The notes under the pieces are model-generated. The model was not told the origin of the DNA. It did no database searches and worked only from the letters and a program-made list of their open reading frames with translations. A DNA stretch of 63,809 nucleotides, filler included, from Choristocarpus tenellus KU-1152 (taxonomy: Eukaryota; Protista; Phaeophyceae), in NCBI GenBank assembly GCA_964200185.2. It is 12 parts of 12 records of this genome, joined end to end, with 100 filler letters (N's around TTAATTAATTAA, not from the genome) between each part and the next. Parts side by side here need not be neighbours in the genome. Positions count along the whole stretch, not along the records: positions 7,516 to 16,683 come from CAXNAD020003920.1; positions 16,784 to 22,887 come from CAXNAD020008927.1; positions 22,988 to 26,378 come from CAXNAD020020348.1; 9 more parts are not named here. One strand, written 5' to 3'. Shown here one piece after another: positions 13,188 through 26,172 of this stretch (positions are counted from its first letter, which is position 1; each line of letters starts with the position of its first letter). The position numbers and the translations under genes are program-made.

Positions 13188-13905
13188 GGAAGTGTCATCG
13201 CTTCCAGCACCTCATGTACCTTAAGTGGTGATGATGCAAAGCCGTGTTGAGCACTGTCCCCATGGTAGTTTAGTCCTTCAACTAACATAATTTAATGAGT
13301 ATATTCAATTCCTCAACTTTTCGTCCTACTGCGAAACGGATGGAAACAAGCCAACAGGTTCTTCGTACTGAAGGGGAGCGGGAGGCAAGGAACAGGAGAG
13401 ACACAAGACAAGAGGGAACGCAATCCCTCAGAAGATCACTCAGGAAAGGGTGAACAAGTGAAAAGTGAAAGAAGGGGGTTTGCAAGGTCCCCTTAAACCA
13501 CCCGCAATTTACTTCAAGCAGATGTTACCTTCGACATGAAAAAACAAATGTCAAATGAATATTAGATTCTTCGAGATAGGTTACCTTCAAGGTATACCTC
13601 TTTGAAAGATAGCTCTCACACTACAACAAATTATATTACTGACTAACTATTCTAAATTAAGGAAGGCAAGAGGAAATGGAGAACTTATCTTAAATTGCCC
13701 AAAATTGGTTGATCTTAAATTACCCAATATTGGTTGAACAGTCACTGACCTAAGTGAAACTAACTGCACAAGTGCCTAGAGTATTATCTGATATAACCCT
13801 AAACCTTTGCTTTTTATATATTGCATAAAATCGCTAATATGACTTGGTTGGAGACCTAATACTAAGTGGGCAGTTCCCACAACGCAAAGAAAGTACCTGT
13901 ATAGT

Positions 13906-14159
13906 GAGCCAAATTAACTTAGGGGGTAGAGCTGCGTCCATTTGGGGTCCACAATCCAATGTTGCGATTTTGATGTAATTTTGGCTATCGTTTTGTTAGG
14001 AAGTGTCAGTATCCTTGTTCCGGACAAAACTTTTCATAGCGTATATATATTACCTACTCCGAAATATTTTGGAGTATGAAAATGTCATTAAACATGGGAA
14101 GCCAAGCCCCAAAACGGACAAACGGGGCAAAACTCGTACCCTCTAAAATACTTTCATTC
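13906..14159 (+). mobile_element. MITE family A, 3-bp TSD AGT
   Basis: Full-length homolog of 9254..9511. AGT at 13903-13905 and 14160-14162. Confidence 0.85.
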
Positions 14160-15672
14160 AGTGTAATATCATAGCACCAAAAGTACTCTCTAAGCATTCT
14201 GGGGTTTATGAAGAATTTTGAGCTAATATAATTTACTCCTGGCTATGATAGGAGTATGTACTTCTATTTTTTACCTCGAAGTAAGAAAACACTACACTGT
14301 CAAGTTGTTTGAAGATAGGGGCATCCTGGGGGCTGGAATTACATAGTGGAAGACCCAGCCATATGGTGGCTGAGCTCATCAGTGATGCAGAAGGTTGACT
14401 TGCTGATGCCAGTACACTGCTTTTCGAACCAGGGAACACTTGGGGCATTAGTTTCATGCTTTTAGATTTGTGACTTGACAAAATGTGGAACTAAAAAGTA
14501 TGACTTTATATGCAGACCTCACACCATGTAACCACAAACTAGCTAAAGTATGACATCAAGTTCATGAGGTTGCCAACTCACAGACCTATTGGCGATCTAC
14601 ATAATATAGTAGTTGCACATGAAAAAATATCTCACGAATGGAAGTTTAGGCATTTGTGATGAGGACTGACATTTCAATCCCTCTGAAGAAGGTTCTGGAG
14701 GATACAAGTCGTTGCAGTCGGAAGAGAGTTGTCCACTGCGGTGATGCCCTGTCCTTCGGTCTGCCTTAGGCCCAGAATTCGTACTGGAGTTACGAAAATA
14801 AAGATTACGAATCGTATAGGATTGGTACTTTCACATTTGAGATAAGCAGCTCTTAATTAGGGCTGCATTGATAATGTCCAAAATATTGTGTTGCATAAGT
14901 GTTATTTACACTTTTGCTTGCACCCAACCTTCTTGCAAATATTCTTCCATTTAGTTTTAGATGTATATATTGTTGTATTTACCCTGAAAATATCTTCATT
15001 TTTGTGAGAATTGTCCCGATCCATATGCAATGGGCTGTTTCCTCGGACAGATATAGCTGAGCTGAGAGCAAGCATATTGCCGACTTCTCACTTCTAACGT
15101 GACACTCTAAATGTCAAAGACACCTCGTATTTATATCTATCTGGCCGTGATGCACATCAAATTGTAAGTCAAAACTGGTCCTCTATTCCACTGAGTCATG
15201 CTCACAGCAATACTATTTACTTCTAGTTTTGAATGGCTCGAGCATTGAGGTATGATGGATTATGTATTTGTCTCCTGTGGTGATGCCTTTACTTTGTATG
15301 TATGGAAGGGGGACGTGACTCAAGATGTGCCATGTCATTCTGGATCAAGTTTATTCACCACATGCATAGGTCTATTCAGGTTTATTCACAACTCGTGCAT
15401 AAGCGATGAACATGATTCCTTGACTGGCAAACCTGAGCATTAGTCTGCTCATCTTCTTATAGATCCTACTCTACGCACCCGACACCTGCCAGTGGGAGAT
15501 GTGAGGTCAACTAGTCTATAAAGTATGGCCTGATATCCTATCCTGTCATTCATATCTTGAAGGCAAGGCCTCCCTTGTCCAACCCAGTAGTTTCCATTGC
15601 TGTGTGATTGTCTGTGGTGACAGACTCTCTCACCCCCTCAGCTCTCATGCCCATTCATTAGTACATCTATCA

Positions 15673-16086
15673 TCATGAAGTTGGGGCCCGGATCTTGGGG
15701 CGAGTCATCTCACCCTCACTACTCAGCAAGATATTGGTGCTCTTTGCTACGCCCATGACAGCAATATCCCCAGTATGCACCCTTCCACTAACATGAATGT
15801 CGTCACCGTTGCCAATATTGGTGGTCTTGAGTCTGTTGCCTTCAGGAGGAATGCTATCAATCCTCTCAAAGCCTATTGACATTTTTTCATCCTTCATGAG
15901 CCCCTTCCCAATATCTTCTGCATTGCTGAGATATCTCTCCTTGAGGTCTGCTGCAGATTCTATTGACGCTGCTGGTGGGGAGGGTGCATTCACGAGCCAT
16001 TCCACCTTTTCCTGGTTGTCCAGCCTTAGTACATGGAGAAGGTCACGCAGTCCTCCAGGGTCCATGGTAGACCCTCTGAGCATAGA
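15673..16086 (-). CDS. Probable exon of an unidentified host gene
   Basis: The pyrimidine-rich acceptor TTTCCATTCCCATAG precedes a 137-codon open frame with protein-like composition. No domain recognised. Confidence 0.4.
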   Translation of the reverse strand, partial: SMLRGSTMDPGGLRDLLHVLRLDNQEKVEWLVNAPSPPAASIESAADLKERYLSNAEDIGKGLMKDEKMSIGFERIDSIPPEGNRLKTTNIGNGDDIHVSGRVHTGDIAVMGVAKSTNILLSSEGEMTRPKIRAPTS

Positions 16087-16489
16087 CTATGGGAATGGAA
16101 ACAATTTGGTTTACAGGGCAATAATACTCTTAGTTGTGTGTGCTGTTAAATGTATGCTGCATTTCAGATGAAGGGGACTCCAATCTATGCCATCCATTAC
16201 CTCTATGGGCGATTTTCTTACTTTTCCAGGTAAAGCAGATTGAAATACAGGAAAGAATCCACAAGAATGGTTGATGAATTCCACACAATCCGGTGAGGCA
16301 CTCACTCAAGTGATCTAGGACCTTGTTTAGGGATTTCGAATCATGCTACTTGTTTATGCCATTAATCTACAATACTCTTCGGAGGAAGGGGATTTCGTTC
16401 TGTTATATCCATTAGCTAATAGGCCGCTTTTCTTCATTTTCGAACTAAAGCAGAATATTAAAAAAAAACGTGCACATGGTTGATCAATG

Positions 16490-16672
16490 GGCTCAAAGTA
16501 TCTGGGGAGGGGGGGTGGCGGCTATCCCTTCGGGGCCCATTTTTCCTTGTTATGATTTTTGGGTGATTTAGTTACATATGTCGGATGGATAATGTAAGTT
16601 CACTTCTCCTGGTCAGGACCCGAATGGACACCCTGATATAGATCCCCCCCCCCCCCCCCCCCCAAAATTACT
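16490..16672 (-). mobile_element. MITE family B copy
   Basis: Begins GGCTCAAAGTATCTGGG. Reverse complement of the 11102 and 21809 copies. Confidence 0.8.
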
Positions 16673-16783
16673 TAACAATGATANNNNNNNNNNNNNNNNN
16701 NNNNNNNNNNNNNNNNNNNNNNNNNNNTTAATTAATTAANNNNNNNNNNNNNNNNNNNNNNNNNNNNNNNNNNNNNNNNNNNN

Positions 16784-16853
16784 CAAAAATCGCGACATGA
16801 AAAAATTGACCCCAAATGGACAGCCGCCAATCCCCTCCCAGATACTCTGAGCC
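16784..16853 (+). mobile_element. MITE family B right end at contig start
   Basis: CAAAAATCGCGACATG...CAGATACTCTGAGCC. Confidence 0.8.
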
Positions 16854-17850
16854 TCAACAGGTCCAAGCCAGGGACTTCAGAATAATAATTGGACCAACAT
16901 GGTTAACTGCTGATTTGGTGTACAGACTACAACGTTTTATAGGATTCTCTCTTTCTACTCAAGACTGCTGTACCCAAGAATGAACTTTGACTTCATGATT
17001 CTTGTTTCATGAAATTGGAATAATAGAAGAGACAGTTTATGTTCTTTGCTGAAACTGTCCTCGAGTAATCTTGTAACAAAACACTATGGTAGGGTTCAAA
17101 CAGTATATATATTTTTAAATGTCTCTGTTAGTGTGCTGTTCTGTGTGTCCGGTACAGCAGTGCATGATGAAGGATGGGCAATATAAGGTTTCTCTCTAGA
17201 ACGGCGTTAGCTCTTACCGGCAAGGATACTCTATATTGCCCTTTTTGGGGTTACAATTTTTTTTTTAGTGATAACAGCTGCTACAATGTAGGTGTATGTA
17301 TGCAGCGCCACCACACTAAGGGAGTCCACATTTCGTTATGATGTACAGTGTCAATGTGTGGCACTGTACATCTTCTCTCTGCACCAACCCATAATTGAGG
17401 TAGCATGACAGTATTTTTTGGATGAAAATATGTGATGGGAGCTGGTACGAAATTCAGGAGTTGCACCTGTTCACGCATTGTTTTAGTCACTCCTCGGCTT
17501 CCCATGATCCAGGTCATACCATCCTCCACCTTGAAGTGGATAAAAGGGACGTGAGGAGGCAAATAAGGTGAAAAAATGTATATATCTAATGGTAATTATA
17601 TTCAAATGAAGAGGTAGAGGATATGTGCCATAATAACATTTCTGTCTATATTATACAGTATACAATAACAAACTGTTGAGAAGCATAAACATTTCACTTT
17701 CAGCAACATGAATTTATATGTGCATATGATCTAACCTCCCCCCTCCACTCCCTCATTCTTGGGATCATTGTTGTATTTACATGAAGCACATTTTGATTGA
17801 AGCAAGGTCTCCTCATGTAAAACATATCCTGGACCACAATCCTGTGGTAT

Positions 17851-17889
17851 AGGGTTAGGGTTCCCTTCAGGCTTAGGGTTAGGGTTAGG
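17851..17889 (+). repeat. Interstitial degenerate TTAGGG repeats
   Basis: AGGGTTAGGGTT...CTTAGGGTTAGGGTTAGG. Confidence 0.7.
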
Positions 17890-17950
17890 CGTGTATGGTG
17901 AAAAAGAGAAAAGTGTACAGGTGAGACAATGTTCATTGATTGGTTGAAAA

Positions 17951-18362
17951 AAAGCAGAGTGTGTTGGTGATCTTTAGTACTACGAAGAAGGGGGTTAGAT
18001 CACTTGCTACAGAAATAGTCAGCAAAAAAACAGGCACAGTACAATGTTGGTTTGTTTTAATCTTTTCATGTATAACAAGAACAACCGTGCTTTCTTGAAA
18101 TTATTTTGTTTATTCACTTATTTATTCAACAGCATGAAATGCTCAAAATACTTCTCAAAGCAGAGTGTGTTGGTGATCTTTAGTACTACGAAGAAGGGGG
18201 TTACATCACTTGCTACAGAAATAGTCTGCAAAAAAACAGGCACAGTACAATGTTGGTTTGTTTTAATCTTTTCATGTATAACAAGAACAACCGTGCTTTC
18301 TTGAAATTATTTTATTTATTCACTTATTTATTCAACAGCATGAAATGCTCAAAATACTTCTC
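17951..18362 (+). repeat. Tandem duplication, 2 x 206 bp
   Basis: Units start at 17951 and 18157 (AAAGCAGAGTGTGTTGG...) and differ by only a few substitutions. Confidence 0.95.
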
Positions 18363-18669
18363 ACTCTATTGTACATTACTCCTTTGTAGTATACATATGT
18401 GAGCGTAGAAATAGGCGCAATAGTGGAGGCACTACTCTCTTGATAGTATTTTATCTCCTCAGTGCTCTCTTGATATCTTGGTCCTGGAATCGGTAAGCAC
18501 CTCTAACCTTAACCCTAGTCATAGTCCTAACCCTAGTATGTGCCATATAGTATGACAGAGGAGAATGGAATGGAAAACGAGGATGATAAAAAGAATGGTA
18601 CTGTCTTTAAATGATACAGGTTAGTGTATTCAGTACCTTCTTTTCAGTAGTGTCAAATTATCTATTGCA

Positions 18670-18704
<35 letters not shown>

Positions 18705-21700
18705 CCACACCCACCTCACTAACTACCTCAACTTCNNNNNNNNNNTGTTTTTCTTTCTCTTTCTTTCTTTGTTTTTAACTTTCTTTTTCCACCCCCCCCC
18801 CCCCCCCCCCCCCCGATATTTATCACAAAATAAGTAAATCAATACTTGGTGGCTTCACAAAACTCCAAGCGTGCCTTACTTCTTGCAGGAATTGTTTTTC
18901 ACACCTTCAAGGCCTCGATCATGAGTGCAATGTTTGACCCCCACTCAAATTCCTTGCATCTGACGGTTTCAACCAGGTCTTCGTCCATGGCTTTCTTGTG
19001 GACGAGGAAGGCATTCAACTTACCTATCAATCCTATCCTCACCTTGTCAAAAATAAACAGGAAAGGCATGCAGAGCGAAGTAAGCAAAGATGATTTGCCG
19101 GAGCGTATTTTCTCAAGGGTTAAGAGGATTGTACGATGCGAATTGAAAGCATCTCATCGCCTAGAATTGGTCCATTGGCTATTTTATCGAATCAGTGCTT
19201 CCATTCATGCATGCTGCTTAGTCTAGTATTTTACCTGACAGTGTGGGCATGAGTGTTCGTACAGGCACCTGTGTGTGTGTGTATGTGTGTATATGTGTGT
19301 ATGTGTGTGTAACATTGAATTATTTTGTGTACCTCCTTGGGTAGGGAATAGTATTGTATGTCTGTCATTGTCATGTTAAATTGTCATATTAAATTGTAAT
19401 CGAAAATTACAAACTATTCACGTAGGTGCCCTGGTCACCACAGTATCAAACCAGACCCAGTATCTGGCCTGCGTTCCTTCCTTATCTTGTATGTCTGCCT
19501 GCAATGCTGTCTCACACCTCTTGCATCCAGGGTGTTCAAGTAACATTCCGATATTGTTCTATCTGTTTGCGTTTGTGCAGAATTTGTACGACTTGATGCA
19601 CATCCAGGATATCCAACCGTATTGGTCCATTGCTGCAGAGTGATCCAATCACATCGATCCAACTAGTCAAGGAAAATATATAAAAAGAGCCCCAATGTGA
19701 TTGGTTGCAATATACTGAGTATTTGAGAGTTTCAACAAACAAATGGCATGGACCAGGAAGGAGAATCCTTGTGATGTGATCTGACACCAGTATTATTGAC
19801 TCTCTCTTCCTCCCACGGCAAGTCTACACTAAATGTGACACACAGACAAACATGTACTATTCTGATGCACGGAAGCAGAGGTCACAGCAATAGATTAGGC
19901 ATGAAAGAAACTATATGACGGTGCGAGCAACTAGGACAGTACGTGACATGCTGAAAGTATACAGTATGTGTTACATTTCCATCCATTCGCGGTATATATA
20001 TAACACCATACCAATCCGTGTGTCCCCCAACATGTTGTTGACAAAATGAATACTTCCCTGTTCTCTCTTTCCTCTTGCATCTCCACCAAACACATACACA
20101 TTCCCAGTGGTTTGGACCACTCCTGATGTGGTCAATACCCTATTTCAAGCTCACACGTTGGGGATGCACTTGGAAGAATGATTGTGCAAATCAATCAAGA
20201 CCAAAGTAGTCCTTGCCAAAGGGAAAACGCGAAGTTTTCGACAGTACTGCTGTGGTTATTCTGGTTACAGTTACTACAGTTACTACAGTTACTGGTTAGT
20301 GAGCAGCGTTCTGCCAAAAAAAAAAGGTGGATATTCTGTGGTACTGACTGTGTACTGAACACTCTTTGTTCCATGCTGTTGCAGGGTAGATGAGTGTTCC
20401 ATGCTGTCAAATCGAGCAAAAGTGTTTTTTGTGTTAGAAAAAAAAGTCCTAATGAGTTCCTCAATTTTCATTAAAAAAATCTTGAAGAAGGAGTTCTCAC
20501 CCCTTTTTTGAGGATAATTTTCTTTTTGTATCAGTGAGGAATTGCAAAAGAAATGCATATAGTATTCCGAATAGATACACATGTTCTCAGTATCCACATA
20601 ATTAGCAGTCAAGATGTGCAGTAGGTATTGATGATTGTTTTCAGAAAGCAAAGTGACTAGAGCACCTCTCAGGAGAGAAACAGCTAAACACTTACAGTGA
20701 CAAGGGCTAGGGCTAGGGCTAGGGTCAATGCTTCAGAGTACAATGGACACAAACCTAACCCTCACATTTCTTCCCTGACCCTACTACACACTGCTCTCAA
20801 ATCATTCATACATCAAAGTGAAGGTTATTCTTATTAGTATTTTTCTCAATTTTTTAGAAATATTTTCGATATTTTTATCAACCTAGGTGCAAAGTTGCAG
20901 AATAATATGCCACAAAAATAAATGAAAAAAAGGATACGCCATGGCATAATATGATCTAAGAACAAAAAGAAAGAAAGAAAAGGCCTAATTAAGGAGTCCA
21001 TTTTCACTTCCAGAAAGCTAAGATATGAATCCAGTGTTACACGTCACACAACCATCTCTGGCACACCTCTCTTCCATTGTATTTGGTAGTACTACAAGTA
21101 CATAGCATAGCATCTTTAAAAAAAAAGAAAATGATATCCTTGGTGTAGTAGCATAAGCAACAATTACACTAGGACACTTTGTGATCCTCTGTTGTCGACC
21201 AAGGGACAGTCTGATGCCAAGAGGGTGGTTGTAAATATGGTAGGAGCTAATGTGTTGTGATGGGGTGTGCAGATGATATACACAAGCTATCTATCTATAT
21301 CAATCTATCATTCTATCATTCTATCTGTCTATCTATCTAGATATCTATCTATCTAACCCTAACTCTATCTACAGTGCAAAGAAAAAAAAGAAACAGGAGC
21401 AGAGAGCTTCAATAGATAGGTCTTGAAGCAAAATTCAACACACTTAGAGAGCTCCATGCAATATGATGACTTCAAATCCATGGCACCCTGGCATCCATGA
21501 AGAACTCGAGGAGAAAGGAATGAAATGCAATGGTGGAGTTAACCCTAACTCTTGAGAAGGCATACATACCAACGGGGATATTTCCATTGCTTCCCCTGAA
21601 TCCAAGATGCAACCGCCCTTTGGTGTAGCTGTTCCTTGCCTCGAAGTTAGTGTCCTGTGTCCTCCGGAAGTTTGTTCACTTCTCTTGCTACGCTGGGTTG

Positions 21701-21808
21701 GAGCCGATCTTGGATTCGGGTCATGTGAAGGAAGGAGAGGGAAGAGGTGGTCATACATAACTATAACAATATTTTCAATAGATGAACAGTATCATTAACA
21801 ATACTCCA

Positions 21809-21987
21809 GACCTAAAGTATCTAGGAGGGGGGGGGCTCTACACCAGGATGTCCATTTGGGCCATAACTAGGAAAAGTGCACTTACATTATCCATCCGACG
21901 CATGCAACCAAGTCACAAAAAAATTGCGACATAAAAAAATTGACCCCAAATGGACAGCCGCCACCCCCTCCCAAGATACTTTGTCTC
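21809..21987 (+). mobile_element. MITE family B, 4-bp TSD TCCA
   Basis: GACCTAAAGTATC...GATACTTTGTCTC. TCCA at 21805-21808 and 21988-21991. Confidence 0.85.
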
Positions 21988-22787
21988 TCCAAGCAATATG
22001 TAACAGCATTGTATAGAAAGTGTATTGACTAATATAACTGTTGGCCACAGCAATAATGCTTTTAAAAAAAAATGAAAAAACAGTAATATTGGTGTAGTCA
22101 GTCACCAACAGTGCATCTATAGGCATCTACAGGCATCTACAGGCTTAGAAGGGTAACGTAAATATTGAGTCCATTGTTTAACACATGATAAGGAGGGCAG
22201 CAGGAGAACTTTCAACACATGTATACATGAATGTATTTAGCAAATATATATATATACACAGATACCTGACTATATATATGTATATATGTATCTGCTTTCA
22301 AGCAAGCATATTACAGATCTCTATTGACAGCAGAGCTCCAAGAGAAGCAACTCCAAACATTGCTGAAAAATACTAATTGTCTCGATTACAAGTGGTAGTA
22401 GCTACAAGCGATGAACATGTCCAATAGACCCCATGGCATGCAATGCAGCCACGGCTAAACCCCACATACTTCCCCAAACAACATTTACATTCCAGCAAGT
22501 CCTTTCCTGACCTTGATGTGAATGACTTCTTCAATACGGTGGCATTTCTCCGAGCCTCCTTTCCCCTTCTGCTACCCTCTGCCGAAAGGTTTCCCCTGTC
22601 CCTACTGTTGATGTTGATGTTGATGTTGATGCTATGAGTGAGTGCATCTCCAGATTGAAGACAAAGTGTTGGGACTGCAGGAAAGATCTGCTGCCATATT
22701 TGGTGGGTAGTTTGGAGCAACAAGCATGTGAGTGTCAAGGTTCCTGTGTGAGTAGTGCTAGGTAGTAGGTCCTGTGCCATCGACAGG

Positions 22788-22823
<36 letters not shown>

Positions 22824-22987
22824 GCGACTCTTGGCCCGGTTTTTTTTTTCCTTTTTTTTTTTTGTGGGGGGGGGGGTTGATGCGGAGNNNNNNNNNNNNN
22901 NNNNNNNNNNNNNNNNNNNNNNNNNNNNNNNTTAATTAATTAANNNNNNNNNNNNNNNNNNNNNNNNNNNNNNNNNNNNNNNNNNNN

Positions 22988-23365
22988 GGGTGGGCAACGG
23001 ATGGGGGGGGTGACGAGAAATCAGTGGCGAAAGGGGTTCGCCCTGGTTGGGCATCAGATGTGAGGGTGACTGGAAATCAGGGGCGAATGGGGGTTTGCCC
23101 GGATTGGTCATCGGATGGAAGGGGTGACTGGAAATCAGTGGCAAAAGGGGTTTACCCTGGTTGGTCATCAGAGTTGGGGTGGCTGGCAAAATGAGTTTTG
23201 CCCTGGTTGGTCATCAGAGGTGTAGTGGCTGGAAATCAGGGGCGAAGAGGTCGCACTGGTTGGTCACAAGGGTTGTTAGAATAGGGAGAGAAGAGGATTA
23301 GGGAGAGGAATGCAAAAATAGAAATAATAGAATAATAATAATCCAGAATTCGTGAGCAAAACAAA
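22988..23365. repeat. Array of about 60-bp units (GGAAATCAGTGGCGAAAGGGGTTCGCCCTGGTTGGTCATCAGA...) ending in the GAATTCGTGAGCAAA module
   Basis: Four to five degenerate units. A homologous array is at 47537..47770. Confidence 0.85.
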
Positions 23366-23714
23366 ATGTCAGTGGGCATAATAATAAAATATTTACTTCT
23401 ATACGTACCATATTTTTTTAATATTGCACAACTTAATATATTTAGTACAGTATGGGTTTAGTATGGTATTGGATGTGGAATAGGAGTAGGTTGTTGTCAG
23501 ACTCATGTGGTTACGTCATACAATTTCATTCTCATCAGAAAACCAACAATAATTACGAAGAATCAGTCCTATTTGCTCTGCGTTTCTACGTGCGTACACC
23601 TTCTTCCCCATAGTTTCAACTAGGTGGGGATCGTGGTAAAACTATATATATCGACCTTTCAAAAGCAGCGTGTTCCAGTAGCTGGGGCATAACCTAGTTA
23701 CACTCTCGCATATC

Positions 23715-26034
23715 ATGGGTCTGCCGTGTTTCGGCAGGACATATTTGTTCATTCTTCTAGTGGGGGCTGCTGACGCGTTTTACGCTTTCTCGCCGTATAC
23801 ACAGTCATCGATTCTGCACGAACCTCTTCGTCGACATGGCTTGGGAGGGGCGAATCAGCTTCGCTCAACTCGTTTTGTGGACGTGGCAAGGAAGGCCGTC
23901 TCTGTGGAGAAGATGTGTGACTTGGACTCCTGGAGAAAGGTGGAGGAAGTTCGTTTTTAATACGACCCAGTATTATGTGGTTGGCTACTCGATGCACTGT
24001 GTTTGAAATAGATGAGATTTACCTGTCGAAAGGAAACCCCATAAGGCCAAAAGGTGAGATATCGTCTGGTGTCGGGTAGTGATCAACGATACCAGTGGGA
24101 TTTGGAAGGAGTTTCGGAAATTTGATGAAGATATAGAGATAAATGAACTGTGCACGAACTGGTTCAATTTTCGTATTCTTTATCCATTCGGGGATGGGTT
24201 GTCGAGCAGTCGCTGTGTAGATGTTTTGTTGTCATGCTTGGGCGGTTGGTGCTGGTCAGGAAGGGGCTAAGAAATAGGTGGTGTAAGAGCACGGTGACGT
24301 TCAGTTTCAATACTAGGGGATTGGGGACAATGCCTAAGTACTCCGAGCACAAGGAAACAATTGGCATTTAGTTCATCAGTTAGGCCGAGAAGGCCATTAC
24401 AATCAATGTTGGTCTCTTATTTCTTCAACCTGGAACTAAGATTGCTGTCACTACTTCTTCGATGAGCAGAACTCAATAGAAATTGATTTCACTAGCTCAA
24501 TTCTTGATTTCAAGTATTTTCTCCCAAGGCGAGAAATCGAAGTTCCACCACATAGTCATAAAATGATGTGTATCAAAGTGATTGGGAAGCAAAAGATGCT
24601 AAACAATACCCTTCTGCACCACGTTTACTTTTTTGTGCCTATTTTTTGTCGTGATGAAATGCATACCGTGCGGAATGGTGGTATGCATGTATCAGTGGAG
24701 AGGCTCAACAGTGTAGACCGCACTGAGTCGTATTGCAATTGTTTACAACCAACCATGACATCTCCATGTTTTTCAACTTTTTTTCGCACAGGGCCACTCT
24801 TCTGCAGAATCGGAGGACCAATACGTGTTGGAGGCAAGCGAGGGGATTATTCCGCCAGATATTGAGGGCACCTATTTCCGCAATGGTGCAGGAAAATTGA
24901 AGGTCTTAATATCTACAACCAGGACCTCTATATTGCATCTATGTGAATATATTTTTTGAGTGCACGATGCATCTTAGCTCCTCAAAAAAAATCATATCAG
25001 GAATACCAGAGGAGGGACGCAATAAAAATTGTATTTTTGTAACATATATTATTATTGTTACTATTTTGAAGTGGTGACAAGTTTGAGTGACGAAATAGAG
25101 GAAAGATGCTTCATAGGAAATCCATCTTGTTGATTTGGTCCATAAAATATTGCATGCTCTTGAAATATTTCCAGTTGAGTCAAAGTATAATAGAGGGTAG
25201 AGCCGTGTCCATTTGGGGACCAAAATCCAATGGTGCAATTTTGATGCAATTTTGGCTATCGTTTTTTTTAGGAAGTGTCAATATCCTCGTTCCAGACACA
25301 AGTTTTCATAAAATATACATTTTACGCACTCCAAAATGTTTTTTGGAGTAGGTAAAATGTCATAAAAAAACCCCTGTAAAAGCCAAGCCCCAAATGGACA
25401 AACAGGGCAAAAATCGTACCCTCTAAGATAATTTCACTCAGTTGTTCCAATTTCATTTCATAATCATTGTTGACTTTGCTATTTTGGAGTAAAGTTGGAC
25501 ATGATTTGCTTGCAAGTCCCATCACTTCAGGTGGAGATTTCCCCTTTCCTATGTACATTATTATATTGTATTGTATATGTGTATCATCTGAGAGAGGAAG
25601 GGTCAAGAGCATAGATAACGGCTTAGCCACAGGACAAGTAGCTTAAGCGTCTCCCAGTTTTATCATCTTTTGTGCATTTTGGAGGGCAGAGGGTGGACAA
25701 GATCCTGCTTTGTACACTATAGAGGCAGTTTTGTCTCGTCCCCTCTCACTGTGGTGGCTATGAACCAGCACCTCCCTTGCCCTCTCTCTGGAGAGTTATA
25801 CCATCCATCACAAAAAATAGTATCTCCAACAGAACAGAGGATCCGCCATGTGAAGGTATCCAAGTATAATTCTGCTCCCACGCACCCAATCATCCTTCCA
25901 TTCCACCTTGCTCTCCCTTTGACTCTCTCATGTCCAAGGTTGGCGATGAAATTGTGAAACACCCCTTCGATGGCGATGGCATGGTGCTGGCTGTGAGTTT
26001 TTCTGAGAAGGGGGCGTACTTCCGTAACCGTTTT
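23715..26034 (+). CDS. CCD: Carotenoid cleavage dioxygenase / apocarotenoid oxygenase (RPE65 family), 5' part; exons 23715-23939, 24792-24902, 25939-26034
   Basis: The spliced product (all phase-0 GT-AG introns) reads ...DSWRK|GHSSAESEDQYVLEASEGIIPPDIEGTYFRNGAGKLK|VGDEIVKHPFDGDGMVLAVSFSEKGAYFRNRF. It has the family motifs EGxIPxDIxGTxxRNG and HPFDGDGM, plus an N-terminal signal peptide ending ADA-F. Confidence 0.92.
25177..25439 (+). mobile_element. MITE family A in CCD intron 2, 4-bp TSD AGTT
   Basis: GAGTCAAAGTAT...ATAATTTCACTC. AGTT at 25173-25176 and 25440-25443. Confidence 0.9.
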
Positions 26035-26172
26035 GTGAGTATCGTATTGTATCCGATTTGTTAGTGTCATATTGTATCCCATTTGTGAGTATCATACTGT
26101 ATCCCACTTGTTAGTATCATATTATATCCGATTTATGAGTATCATACTGTATCCGATTTGTGAGTATCATAG
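26032..26172 (+). repeat. 25-bp minisatellite (about 5.6 units) whose unit contains the exon-3 splice donor
   Basis: Unit is approximately TTTGTGAGTATCATACTGTATCCGA. The first unit overlaps TTT|GTGAGT at 26034/26035. Confidence 0.9.

Noticed and set aside
22988-23365. Repeat arrays here and at 48375-48650 and 61850-62460 as possible CRISPR arrays
   Set aside because: The units are degenerate along their whole length with no unique spacers, no cas genes are present, and the context is eukaryotic.
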